A DNA stretch of 64,000 bases from Dendrobates tinctorius (GCF_039654945.1 NW_027361696.1:89652001-89716000), one strand, 5' to 3'; shown: positions 12,351 through 25,202, numbered from the stretch's first letter. A program made the numbers and translations. The notes: generated by a model from the letters alone, not told the origin.

Positions 12351-13520
12351 AATCGATTACACATATGTCAAAGTATATATCTTATTATGTACTGGGGATA
12401 ACAATTCCCTGTTCTGTCAATAAGCACAGGTACCAGAAGTTGGACCCCCGCCAACAAGTAAGTTGTTACCAATAATGTGGTTATAACTTGTTTTCACTGG
12501 ACAATCCCTTTAATGAAGAGATGACTACTTTCTATGTTTATTATACAATTGTACAGGACAGATGTCCCCATTTCAAAGGTGCAGTTCATTCACGATGCAG
12601 GGCTCTGGTCTGGCACATAGCTGCTGGTGTGCCCAGACTTGCTAATTACGGGCCTCAATTGAATAACATTGAACATGGTGGACTTATTTAATGGTGAAAT
12701 ATGCTAATAAACAACTACTACCATACTTTTAGAGCACTAAGAGTTATGCACACATTGAATTTTGATCTGCATTACTGCTGTACACACACTGCACTTATAA
12801 TGTCAGATATTTAGCACACATTTTGATCAAAATGAATGGGCCCATCTGCTAGTGCACCTTTGATAGAAAAAAAAATTGTCCTCTTGATTTTATATGGTCC
12901 AGATGTTGAGTCCCCCACTGACCACTCAAAGTACTACTGAGAACTGTGCATCTCAGGAGATAGGAGCACACAGCTCCCGTCTGAGCAAACACACAGAGCA
13001 GAGCTAGGATTCAATAGAAAGTCAATGCTTCATTTTGCATTTGTATTCTGCTCTTTGTGCACACACAGGCAGTTGTTTTTTGAGTAATTAGTGAGTATCT
13101 CTGGACCTGGAACCACACCAAACTCCTTGCAATTAAAAGTATGAAAAAATATAAAAGATGTTTTTAAAGGTTTAGTTGCTCTATAAGTGGGAACCTACAC
13201 TAACAGACTGCTCTCTCCTGGAACAAAATCTAACAATTAAAGGTCAGGTAGGATCCAGTTCAAACTAAAAACAGTTTTGGATAAATGGGAGGAGTGCTCA
13301 GACTGTATGGAGCCATTTAACCCCAAATGCTCATTGCTAAAAATGAAATTGAGAAGTACCACCTAGCAAAGAGAAATTCATGTGCAGGCGCAAGTCACAT
13401 TCCTTTCCACCTGTTCCCATGCTAAATATTAGTTACATAACAATCCATCAGCAGCTACAGTATGTTCTGGAGCAGAAGTGCTGGTCAGAGAAGTGGGCCT
13501 ACTAATAACTGCAAATCTTA

Positions 13521-13825
13521 GGGGGGTTCACATTACTGTCAGTGGTTCTGTTGGACCTTACATCTGAAGCCCTTGAACGTAGGTTCAGACTTTTGCGTCA
13601 ACAGGTCTATTGACTTTTATTATGCAAATTGAGTCACATTGTGTTCTGTCGGACATAATTATGGCCAATATCCACCTTTTTCGATCGGCAGAAAGATGTG
13701 GTTAATTGCGTCTTAGTGCCTACTTAAAACAGGTCAATACTGTCAAAAAATGATTTTCGACAGAAGCACAATGCGATCCTCATGTTCTTCATTAAAGTCA
13801 GTGACCCCACAATGTGAAACCCTCC
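13521..13825. mobile_element. Old Harbinger-type MITE
   Basis: TIRs GGGGGGTTCACATT / AATGTGAAACCCTCC, preceded by TTA. Confidence 0.5.
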
Positions 13826-13911
13826 TTTACTCTAGTCCAAAGGACAGGATGAAATGAAACAAAATTTAGAAGTACCCCTTTTACATTACTATCATAAAAA
13901 TACTAAGCCAC

Positions 13912-14401
13912 TGTCACAATTCCACAGCTCAGTGAGTTTGGACGCAGTAACTGATAGCTCTGTCACCCAATCTAGTGCAGGTGCGTGCTGAAGCTGTAGG
14001 AATTTTAACAGATCAGCCATCCAATCTGAACTGGGAGGTGCTGAACTTCCTTTATGTATTCCCTGTTGCAAGTGATTGCCTAGCTAGTTAACTTAGCTGT
14101 CAGTCCCAGATCGCAACCAGTCATAGCTTTTAGTTCTCTGTTGCGTGTTCTCTGTTCTTTGTGCTCTGAATTCAGACATACTGATCTTCTGTTGCTGGAC
14201 CTTGGATTTGCCTATTTATAACCCGTTTGTATTACCACTTTTACCTTGATGCATTCTGACCTTGGAAGTCTGACTCTGGACTGTGACCTGCTATGGCTTT
14301 GTCTCTTCCCTCTGTTTATGATGTACCTCCTGGCTCTTGACCTCAGACTCCTTGACTCCCCTGACACAGGGCTTGTCCATTAGGAGTGACTCAGTGTCAT
14401 A
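13912..14401. mobile_element. Probable solo LTR
   Basis: Starts TGTCAC and is flanked by the direct repeat GCCAC (13907-13911 and 14402-14406). The terminal CA appears decayed to TA. Confidence 0.5.
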
Positions 14402-15415
14402 GCCACATTGCAGCCCACTGTCAAGTATTATGTCACTGAAGCTCTAAAAATACTTTGACAGTCACATAGAATAACTATTTGAGGAAATGTCTTGTGCTTA
14501 CAAGGAGAAAATTATCAACATTTATTTAAAATGTCATGTGGAAGGTAGAAATAAAATGAAATGACTGCACTTTGTGAGAATAAATTGATCTAATGCAAAT
14601 GGAACTGAGTCGGAAAAGAAAGATATATTGATGTTTAGCGGCTCTCACAGTTCTACTCAGACAATCTTCATTCATTACTAGAATTTATAAGAACTGGAAT
14701 GTTTGTCTTTAATGTTCTGTATGATAAACAAATGGAGGCAATCGCTCCACTGTGTAGTCAGCATGTGTACGCCAGAATAATTTATTCACATATATATTGC
14801 TACTATTTCATGCAGACACGAACATACATGCACAAAAGGAGCATACCCTGAAACCTGTGATGTATGGTGGTGACATTAAATCACATTTCCTTCCACCGTG
14901 CCAGTGAGTTTTGCAAGGCGCTAACATTAATGTGCTGCTGATCTTGCACCAGTTAAATTAGATTACACTTTATATGTTAATAAGCACAGACTGAACAGAA
15001 GTCTGATTCATATAGGGGGTCACTGCGGCTTCATTTTTTATTGTTACTTGCTGCAGCAAGGACATAATACAAATGTATCTATGAGGATAATGTATCAAGG
15101 CACAAGCTGGGAAAATGCCTTTTTTTCCATTTTGATATACAGTGTTTCCAATTAGTATCTTGTTACTATTGTGTTTTGTTTCTGTCATAAATTAGTAATT
15201 TATGGAAGTGTGGTACTCGTATAATGGTACTTCATAAAAAAAGAATGGCAATTATATTATGTAAATAAGACCACTAGGTTACAAGCATCAACAATAGCAT
15301 TTAACATTATGATTTCATAATATTGGGTATAGAGGACTTGGCAATGACACGCCTCATTTCTCCAAATAAAGGTAACTTGCCATGAGATGTTTCTGTCCCA
15401 AACGAATGCCATCTA

Positions 15416-15680
15416 CAGTTGTGCTCAAAAGTTTACATACCCTGGCAGAATTTTTGCTTTCTTGGCCTTTTTTCAGAGAATATGAATGATAACACCAAAA
15501 CTTTTCTCCACTCATGGTTAGTGGTTGGGTGAAGCCATTTATTGTCAAACTACTGTGTTTTCTCTTTTTAAATCATAATGACAACCCAAACCATGCAAAT
15601 GACCCTGATCAAAAGTTTACATATCCCATTTCTTAGCACCGTGTATTGCCCCCTCTAACATCAATGACAGCTTGAAGTAA
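15416..15680. mobile_element. Tc1-like terminal fragment (IR/DR end)
   Basis: TA followed by CAGTTGTGCTCAAAAGTTTACATACCC; internal direct repeat TCAAAAGTTTACATA at about 15609. Confidence 0.65.
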
Positions 15681-15957
15681 AATACATATTGTTCCATTCC
15701 ATAAAGGCCTCTATCAGTAACCATGCATGGTAACACTCCAAAATGGCCACTGTCAAGGGGCATATATTGCTTTACTCCATTTTGGAGTGGTATGACATAT
15801 GCTCAGGAATTGTGGCCATTTTGGATCAATGATTTATGCCTACTGTTAGTGGCAATACTGGTATACAATCACACCTGGTGGGTAGGTGGTGGACATTTAG
15901 CAGTGGATTAACAAGTACTTTATAATTGCAGTTATTTTGGCACAGAATGATATATAT

Positions 15958-16270
15958 GATGATAATGTGTGCAAACTGTAAAGCGCTGCGGAATATGTTA
16001 GCGCTTTATAAAAATAAAGATTATTATTATATATAGCATGATGGATCAGTGGTTAGCACTGGTGCCTTGCAGCTCTGGGGTCCTGGGTCAATATCTGCAA
16101 GGAGTTTGTGTGTTCTCCCTGTGTTTCCAAGGGTTTCCTCCAAGTTTTCTGTTTTCTTCCCACACAAAGACATACTGATAGGGAATGTAGATTATGAGCC
16201 CCTTTGGGGACAGCAATGATGATAATGTCTGTAAAGCGTTCAGGAATATGATGGTGCTATATAAGCAAAG
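15958..16270 (+). mobile_element. SINE 3' tail followed by a nearly full tRNA-derived SINE with an L2-type tail
   Basis: Tail TGTAAAGCGCTGCGGAATATGTTAGCGCT...TATTATT. The SINE at 16038-16270 has CAGTGGTTAGCAC, core AAGGAGTTTGTGTGTTCTCCC and tail TGTAAAGCG...GGTGCTATATAA. Confidence 0.7.
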
Positions 16271-16316
16271 TATATTATTGCATCCATTTTGAAGTGGTAT
16301 GACATATTCTTAGTAA

Positions 16317-16572
16317 TAGTGAGCAGTGAATGTGCTCAGATAAGGTGTTATCCGATCATGCTCTGGTGCTAACTGAGGGTCTTCGGATTGCTGGAAAAAT
16401 ATGCTTGAGTCACTGCACCTGCATGTCCCATGGCTGTTCGGTAGCTACAACACATGCAGGGATTGCCTAACAGGCAAGGGGAGGGGACTCAAACATATTT
16501 TTCGAGCACATCGAAGTCACTCGGTTAGCACCCTCGGCTAACACCTTATCTGAGCACGTTCGCTCATCATTG
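16317..16572. mobile_element. Palindromic MITE
   Basis: Inverted repeats GTGCTCAGATAAGGTGTTA / TAACACCTTATCTGAGCAC. Confidence 0.6.
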
Positions 16573-16907
16573 CTCAGTAACACTGGCCATTTTTGAGTAA
16601 CACAATCTAGGCCTGCTAAGTCATCATCATTCAATCCAGCACATGTGCACCTTAAGATCTCGGAATGCTGAGTCCATCTTTGCCCACCATCATGCAAATC
16701 AGGTAATTTACCCAATTATATTTTTTTAATTGTTTGGTATATAAAGCACCCTCCTGGCCACTGAACTTTACCTCTGAGGAAGCCAACTCCTGCGGCGCTA
16801 CAAATGGTTTCTGGTGTCCCATATTACTGTATGCTTCTTTGAGCTAATTTACCTAGTGACTATGCGCATGACACTTTATTGTACACATCTATTGCTTATC
16901 TTTTATA

Positions 16908-16913
16908 CATATA

Positions 16914-16947
<34 letters not shown>
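16908..16947. repeat. (TA)n microsatellite
   Basis: Direct reading. Confidence 0.9.
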
Positions 16948-18157
16948 CTGTATATGTATACTTTGGTTCCTGCATTATTTAGTGTCTGTACATGTGCATC
17001 ACACCTCTCTTCTTTACTGAATACCACTTGAAATCACTTTAGAAGTAGCGTCCATTCATGAGTATCTCGGATATCCACCACATTTACATGGCTCTATATT
17101 AGTTAATATGCCTATTTTATGGATTGTGTCCAAGTTCCATTTTTTGGCCTGGGAAACATGTTCCGCTGCAATTACACAATTTTAAATGTTTTTGTTTTGT
17201 ATTGTCTAGTCTTTTTTGTTTGCTCCTAATAAATAATTAGAATGTTCAAATTTATTAAGTGCAACCGTTTTTTTGTACTTACTTTATAATCCACCACGGC
17301 ATTGCTTTGGAGCGCTAAGTGGTTAAGGAGATTTGGTTTATGTCAAACTTTACATTTCTCCTTGTACAGGTCATAAATATCACTGATCTTCTAGTGTCTA
17401 GTCATTAATTGTTACAAATGATAATTTCATGCCATGCAGGAAATGCATAGCTAGAGTATCTGCTGCAACCTTCACGTCTCAACCTCTCATAAGAAATTGA
17501 ATATTATAATTTGAGTCTAAATAGCATCTACCATCTAAAGTATCACTTATTGTTTTTTTTTTAATTTCCCCATCAGTAATATATGTTAAGTTTTTTCCTT
17601 AAAATTCTTATCGGATGCTGTCTTTTGCTGTTTACAGCACTGTTCCTTTCCTTCTTCCAGTATCATATGGCTGCAATTGTGACCGGCTCACACAGCATTG
17701 ATTACTTTCTCAATGTAAGTCTCTGGGATTCACAATGAGGATCTCATAGACTTACATTAAGAAAGTTAGTAACTTCTCTATGCTCTGTGAACCAGCACAT
17801 GATGAAGAAGAGGGATTGGAGCAGAGCTGGGAACGGCAAAAGACTGCAATCAGTAAATATTATATAATGCGTGCACTGCACATACATTAGTGATAGCTGA
17901 CAAATAGGGAAATTAAATTAAAAAAAAAAACCTGGAGTGGTACTTTAAAATCAAGAAAGTGGTCATGAAATACATAATCTTGCATCAACTATTAATCACC
18001 TACAGATCGAGAAACACAAAGATTGAAGACATCTACATGGCAAGCAGGATTTAATTATTTCAGAACAGATCCATCATGTATTACTTTAAACATAGAACAC
18101 AAAATTATTATTTTGGTTATTTATGGTAGGTTGCTCTAATACAGACTTGGTAATATA

Positions 18158-19056
18158 CACTCACTGGCCACTTTATTAGGTACACCATGCTAGTAACGGG
18201 TTGGACCCCCTTTTGCCTTCAGAACTGCCTCAATTCTTCGTGGCAGAGATTCAACAAGGTGCTGGAAGCATTCCTCAGAGATTTTGGACCATATTGACAT
18301 GATGGCATCACACAGTTGGCGCAGATTTGTCGGCTGCACATCCCTGATGCGAATCTCCCGTTCCACCACATCCTAAAGATGCTCTATTGGTTTGAGATCT
18401 GGTGACTGAGGAGGCCATTTGAGTACAGTGAACTCATTGTCATGTTCAAGAAACCAATCTGAGATGATTCGAGCTTTATGACATGGCGCATTATCCTGCT
18501 GAAAGTAGCCATCAGATGCCTGTTCTTAGCTGAGAGGAGTGGTACCCAGTGTGGTCTTCTGCTGCTGTAGCCCATCTGCCTCAAAGTTCGACGCACTGTG
18601 CGTTCAGAGATGCTCTTCTGCCTACCTTGGTTGTAACGGGTGGCAATTTGAGTCACTGTTGCCTTTCTATCAGCTCGAACCAGTATGCCCATTCTCCTCT
18701 GACCTCTGGCATCAACAAGGCATTTCCGGCCACAGAACTGCTGCTCACTGGTTTTTTTTTCTTTTTCGGACCATTCTCTGTAAACCCTAGAGATGGTTGT
18801 GCGTGAAAATCCCAGTAGATCAGCAGTTTCTGAAATACTCAGACCAGCCCTTCTGGCACCAACAATCATGCCACGTTCAAAGGCACTCAAATCACCTTTC
18901 TTCCCCATACTGATGCTCGGTTTGAACTGCAGGAGATTGTCTTGACCATGTCTACATGCCTAAATGCACTGAGTTGCAGCCATGTGATTGGCTGATTAGA
19001 AATTAAGTCTTAACACACAGTTGGACAGGTGTACCTAATAAAGTGGCCAGTGAGTG
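18158..19056 (-). mobile_element. Internally deleted Tc1 transposon
   Basis: Perfect TIRs CACTCACTGGCCACTTTATTAGGTACACC with TA TSDs. Transposase N-terminus MGKKGDLSAFERGMIVGARRAG (18384-18908, minus) has a deletion through the catalytic domain near 18515. Confidence 0.92.
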
Positions 19057-20155
19057 TATTTCATGTGTGTATTTTTTTTTTAATTTTGATCTAAACCACA
19101 GAAAAATCTCTCAGCATTTAAAGTTATTAACTTGTAATAACAAATATACCTCTTTATCCTGTTCATGACCAGACAATTTTTCATTTTTTGTTTTGTTTTT
19201 ACCACTTGTTCTTCCAAGAGCAATAACATTTTTCTTATTTTTGTGTTGTTATAGTTACTGTATTTTTCAGATTATAAGACGCACTTTTATGATCTCCAAA
19301 ATTAGGGTGAAAATGGGGGTGCGTCTTATAAATGCAACACTGTTCCTACCAAGGGGTCAATGCTGTGGGCCCAGAGCTAGTGGTAATTGTGGTGGTTGTG
19401 AGGTGGTCCTGCGGTGTGCAGTGGTGGTACTGCAGCAAGCGGTGTCCTATCGTGGTGGTACGGCAGTGAGCGGAAACCCTGGGGTGGCGGCACATGGCCA
19501 TTGCAATTCTTCTTCCTTGGTCCGGCTTCCGGCTTCTCACTCAGCGTGTCATGATCCAGGTTGGATCTGACAGAGTAAATGCACAAAGTAACCTTTTTCT
19601 TTCCCTTGGATGTGTGCCAAGTAGTGTTGAGCATTCCGATACCGCAAGTATCGGGTATCGGCCGATACTTGCTGTATCGGAATTCCGATACCGACTTCCG
19701 ATATTTTTTCAATATCGGAATTCGGCATCGGAATCGGAAGTTCAGTTGATTGACGGCCTGACGTCATCATGATGCGCGGTGTGTGCGCATCATGATGCGC
19801 CGTCATTTCGGGCCTTCCGGGGGTCTCTGCCGGCCTGCCGGGGGGCTGTGCCGGCCTGCCGGGGGGCTGTGTGGACTGCCCGGGGTCTGTACCGGACTGC
19901 CGGGGGGCTGTGCCGGCCTGCCGGTGGTCTGTGCACCCTGTGGGGGTCTGTACCGGCCTGCCGGGGGGCTGTGCCGGCCTGCCGGGGGGCTGTGCTGATG
20001 TCCGGGGGTCTGTGCAAGCATCGTCCGATGGGACTACAAGTCCCATCGGGCGATGCCTGCTACCATGACAGTGATTGACACATTAGCCAATGATGGGACA
20101 GTAGTAGTCCCATCATCCGGCTAATGTGTTAAATGTTAAAAAAAAAAAAAAAAAA

Positions 20156-20780
20156 TACTACATACATACTACATGCATGCTACATACATACTACATGCAT
20201 GCTACATACATACTACATATATACTACATACATACTACATACATGCTACATACATACTGCATGCTACATACATACTACATACATACTACATGCATGCTAC
20301 ATACATACTACATATATACTACATACATACTACATACATGCTACATACATACTGCATGCTACATACATACATACTACATACATACTACATGCATGCTACA
20401 TACATACTACATATATACTACATACATGCTGCATGCTACATACATACTACATACATACTACATACATGCTACATGCATGCTACATACATACTACATATAT
20501 ACTACATGCATGCTACATACATACTACATGCTACATACATACTACATATATACTACATACATACTACATACATGCTACATACATACTGCATGCTACATAC
20601 ATGCTACATACATACTACATACATACTACATACATACTACATGCATGCTACATACATACTACATGCATGCTACATACATACTACATGCATGCTACATACA
20701 TACCACATACATACTACATGCTACATACATACCACATATATACTACATACATACAATACATTCATACAATACATACATAG
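20156..20780. repeat. Compound TACA/TACTACA/TGC microsatellite (left arm)
   Basis: Direct reading; mirrored at 21405-22167. Confidence 0.95.
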
Positions 20781-21404
20781 ACATACAGTACATATAACAT
20801 AGAGTAACATACTTACCAATACTTGTCACATTGTTCCCCGAAGCCATTGTCTATTCCGGGATAAATATTAACATAACAAACCACAAAAATACTCACCCAC
20901 GATCCGAAGCAGTCCACGAGTGTGTCCCACGACGATCTTGGGTAGAGAACTGCAGCATCAGATGATGCTGCCGTTCTCTACGGGCTGCAGGAATCCAATG
21001 ACGGAAGGTAGGTATCCTTCCGCACTGTATTCCTCCGCCACTTAAAAAAAAAAAGTCCCTAGTCTCACTTTATGCCATTGCTGTGTGGGAATTTCCCACA
21101 CAGCAATGGCATAAAGTGAGACTAGGGACTTTTTTTTTTTAAGTGGCGGAGGAATACAGTGCGGAAGGATACCTACCTTCCGTCATTGGATTCCTGCAGC
21201 CCGTAGAGAACGGCAGCATCATCTGATGCTGCAGTTCTCTACCCAAGATCGTCGTGGGACACACTCGTGGACTGCTTCGGATCGTGGGTGAGTATTTTTG
21301 TGGTTTGTTATGTTAATATTTATCCCGGAAAAGACAATGGCTTCGGGGAACAATGTGACAAGTATTGGTAAGTATGTTACTCTATGTTATATGTACTGTA
21401 TGTC

Positions 21405-22166
21405 TATGTATGTATTGTATGAATGTATTGTATGTATGTAGTATATATGTGGTATGCATGTAGTATGTATGTAGTATGTATGTAGCATGCATGTAGTATG
21501 TATGTAGCATGCATGTAGTATGTATGTAGTATGTATGTAGTATGTATGTAGTATATATGTAGTATGTAGTATGAATGTAGTATATATGTAGTATGTATGT
21601 AGCATGTAGTATGTAGCATGCATGTAGTATATATGTAGTATGTATGTAGCATGTAGTATGTAGCATGCATGTAGTATATATGTAGTATGTATGTAGCATG
21701 TAGTATGTATGTAGCATGCATGTAGTATATATGTAGTATGTATGTAGCATGTAGTATGTATGTAGCATGCATGTAGTATATATGTAGTATGTAGCATGTA
21801 GTATGTATGTAGCATGCATGTAGTATGTAGCATGTAGTATGTATGTAGCATGCATGTAGTATATATGTAGTATGTATGTAGTATGTATGTAGCATGCATG
21901 TAGTATATATGTAGTATGTAGCATGTAGTATGTATGTAGCATGCATGTAGTATATATGTAGTATGTATGTAGTATGTATGTAGCATGCATGTAGTATATA
22001 TGTAGTATGTAGCATGTAGTATGTATGTAGCATGCATGTAGTATGTAGCATGTAGTATGTATGTAGCATGCATGTAGTATATATGTAGTATGTATGTAGC
22101 ATGTATGTAGTATGTAGTATGAATGTAGCATGTATGTAGTATGCATGTTGTATGTATGTAGCATGT

Positions 22167-22167
<1 letters not shown>
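21405..22167. repeat. Compound TGTA/TGTAG microsatellite (right arm)
   Basis: Reverse-complement counterpart of 20156-20780. Confidence 0.95.
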
Positions 22168-22199
<32 letters not shown>

Positions 22200-22895
22200 T
22201 TTAACACATTAGCCGGATGATGGGACTACTACTGTCCCATCATTGGCTAATGTGTCAATCACTGTCATGGTAGCAGGCATCGCCCGATGGGACTTGTAGT
22301 CCCATCGGACGATGCCTGCACAGACCCCCGGAGCCTGCACAGACCACCGGCAGGCCGGCACAGCCCCCCGGCAGGCCGGCACAGCCCCCCGGAGCCTGCA
22401 CAGCCCCCCGGCAGGCCGGCACAGCCCCCCGGCAGGCCGGCACAGCCCCCCGGAGCCTGCACAGACCACCGGCAGGCCGGCACAGACCACCGGAGCCTGC
22501 ACAGACCCCCTGGCAGGCCGGCACAGCCCCCCGAAAGGCCCGTACAGACCCCAGAGAGGCTGTACAAGGGCAGGAAAGGGTTTTTCTTATTCCGATACCG
22601 GAAGTCCCATAGACTTGAATGGGACTTCCGGTATCGGAATCGGCGATACCGATACTTTTTTTAAAGATCGGCCGATACCATCCGATACGATACTTTGAAG
22701 TATCGGACGGTATCGCTCAACTCTAGTGCCAAGGGTAGTTTTCCCCCCGGTGGCCATTAGGGTCATTGCACTTTGGTTACCTTAGTTTGTGCACGTAATT
22801 AGGTAACAGGTGTGATAGCTCTATTAGAGAGTATCAGGTGTGTTAATCACTGTTGGTGATAAAGTATTCATTTGTAAGCAAGTCTGGGTGAAGGA

Positions 22896-23648
22896 TGGAG
22901 CTAAAGGAGAGTCACGGGCAGCTCAGTAAGATCCCTGGAGTGTCAGCTATGGTGTCTGCAAGGAGTGCTGGCATAGCGTGGTGGGTTTTCAGCTGTGGTG
23001 TCGGCAAGGAGTTTGTGCATGGATTGGTGGAGTGGCAGCTGCGGTGTAGAGCTGCACTCAAATGCTGGACTTGGTTGCTGAGAGCTGGACTCAAGTATGC
23101 TGGACTTTTTGGCAGAAAAGCTGGACTCATTTCCGGGACTGTTTCTGGACAGCTGCACGCAGGTGTGGACTCTGTTTGCTTGGAGCTAAAGGAGAGTCAC
23201 AGGCAGCTCAGTGAGATTCCTGGAGTGTCAGCTATGGTGTCTGCAAGGAGTGCTGGCATGGCGTGGTGGAGTCGCAGTTATGGGGTCAGCAAGGAGTTCA
23301 TGCATGGATTGGTGGAGTGGCAGCTGCGGTGTAGAGCTGCACTCAAAATGCTGGACTTGGTTACTGAGAGCTGGACTCAAGCATGCTGGACTTTTTGGTA
23401 GAAAAGGTGGACTCATTTGGGGGACTCTGTTTCTGGACAGCTGCACGCAGGTGTGGACTCTGTTTGCTTGGAGCTAAAGGAGAGTCAAGGGCAGCTCAGT
23501 GAGATTCCTGGAGTGTCAGCTATGGTGTCTGCAAGGAGTGCTGGCATGGCGTGGTGGAGTCGCAGTTATGGTGTCAGCAAGGAGTTCGTGCATGGATTGG
23601 TGGAGTGGCAGCTGCGTTGTAGAGCTGCACTCAAAATGCTGGACTTGC
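22896..23648. repeat. Tandem repeat, about 286-bp unit x 2.6
   Basis: Units start TGGAGCTAAAGGAGAGTCA at 22896, 23181 and 23469. Confidence 0.9.
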
Positions 23649-24524
23649 CGCGTCCTGTTGTATCAGTTACCGGCCTGCTGGCCGCATCACTCAGGACGGG
23701 GCACGTGACACAGCGCAGGCGCAGATGGAACAAAGCCGAGATCTCTATCTGCACCTGCCTCTACGAGATGTCTCCAGGAAAATGGCCAAGGATGCGGTGC
23801 AGGCGCAAATGGAGACCTAGGCACCAAGATCTCAGGAGATGAGATTTCAGCGCCAAGATCTTCATCTGCGCATGCACCGCCCCTGCAGTCATTTTCCCTG
23901 AGTCCACCGCATAGTGAACAGTGCGGTGGCTCTGGGCTTTCACAAAATGTCAGCAGAGCCCCCGCACCACCGAACACCACTCTTGCCTCCTCCAGCAGTG
24001 ACCCTGCTCCACTGCGACCTGCACCACCGAACACCCACAGCATTGCACATCCAAACACCTCTTTCTCCCAGTCTCGGTCTGCAGCATCGCCCCACTCCTG
24101 CCTCCGCCAGCATGACCCTGGGACCACTCTTCACGCAGCAATTTGTTAAAAAATTTATTTTTTCTTTTTTTCTCCTCAAAATTTGGAATACGTCTTATAA
24201 TCCGGTGCATCTTATAAACCGCAAAATACGGTATATGAGGGCATATCTTTTGCAGGTCAAGTTATAGTTTTGATTCACATCCTACATTTTTCCAATATGC
24301 TGTGCCAGAAAAAAAATTCTATGTGGGATGAAAATGTTAAAAACTGCTAGGTTTTGATTTTACAGCATTCACTGTGTGATAAAAAATGGCAGCGTGATCA
24401 CCATGGCAGTAGTTAGATTAAAAAACTACAAATAAATAAAATCTTTATAAAAAGAAAATTTGGTTTATGCTACCATTTTTTGAAACTGGTAACATATTAA
24501 TTTTTCTGTCAATAAGCTGTGTTA

Positions 24525-24895
24525 GGCTGTGTGCACACGATGCAGATATCCAGCGGATTTTACCGCACAGAAACGTTGCTTATCTGCATTGTGATGTACA
24601 GTAGCATGTTAGTCAATTGAAAAAAAAACGCTGTGCAGACGCTGCAGATTTTTCAGCACGGTTTTCCTGCGGTACAAAATCCGCAGCATGTTACTTCTTT
24701 TGTGCGGTTTTCCACCTCCCCTGTCTCCAAATCCGCAGGGGGAAAACCGCAGTGGAAAACCGCACAAAAGCCGCAAGAAAACCGCAGGAAAAACGGAAGA
24801 AATCCGCATGAAAAATGCAGGTCATTTGACCTGCGGATTTCTTCAATTCTGCACGGAAAAATCCGCAGTGGCAAAAAGTATGTCTGCACTCAGCC
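24525..24895. mobile_element. Harbinger-type MITE
   Basis: TTA TSD; ends GGCTGTGTGCACAC / GTCTGCACTCAGCC; repeated AAATCCGCA motifs. Confidence 0.75.
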
Positions 24896-25164
24896 TTAGG
24901 GGTTTGCTTTTTGCACACTAACTAATGATTTTATTGAGACCAATTTCCCGTGCATACAATGTATTGAACTCCTTTTATTGCATTTTCTGAGTTGAATATG
25001 ATGACAGAATAATAGCAAATCTGACATTCAGATTTTTTTTTCTTTTTAGCGTTCAGCGCATGGTTAAATTATCTTATACATTTGAAAGATCAGACTTTTA
25101 TGGAAACAACAATACCTAAAATGATTATTTGATTTATTTTCAATTGGAAAAAAGGGGATGGTTT

Positions 25165-25202
<38 letters not shown>

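Larger units (their letters stand above)
19622..22725. mobile_element. 3.1-kb non-autonomous hAT-type fold-back (palindromic) element, copy 1
   Basis: TIRs TAGTGTTGAGC / GCTCAACTCTA and perfect 8-bp TSD GTGCCAAG. CCGATAC subterminal repeats. Mirror arms (GC minisatellite, A tract, TACA-type microsatellite, unique core) are centred on 21092. Confidence 0.9.
19547..23710. mobile_element. Solo LTR interrupted by a hAT fold-back element and carrying an internal tandem amplification
   Basis: Ends TGTCATG...CGTGACA; perfect 5-bp TSD CAGCG at 19542-19546 and 23711-23715. Confidence 0.75.
19258..24231. mobile_element. Non-autonomous pogo/Tigger-like element hosting nested insertions
   Basis: TA-flanked TIRs CTGTATTTTTCAGATTATAAG / CTTATAAACCGCAAAATACGG; subterminal GCGTCTTATAA motifs. 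Confidence 0.7.

Noticed and set aside
19779-20078. GC-rich ORFs (GGLCRPAG repeats), also at 22209-22698, 27949-28413 and 34325-34975
   Set aside because: They are translations of the GC minisatellite, open in several frames on both strands.
20126-22207. 200-270 aa His/Tyr/Thr-rich ORFs
   Set aside because: They are stop-free microsatellite readings open in all three frames.
22895-23842. ORFs across the 286-bp tandem repeat
   Set aside because: No recognisable domain, and the frames shift between units.
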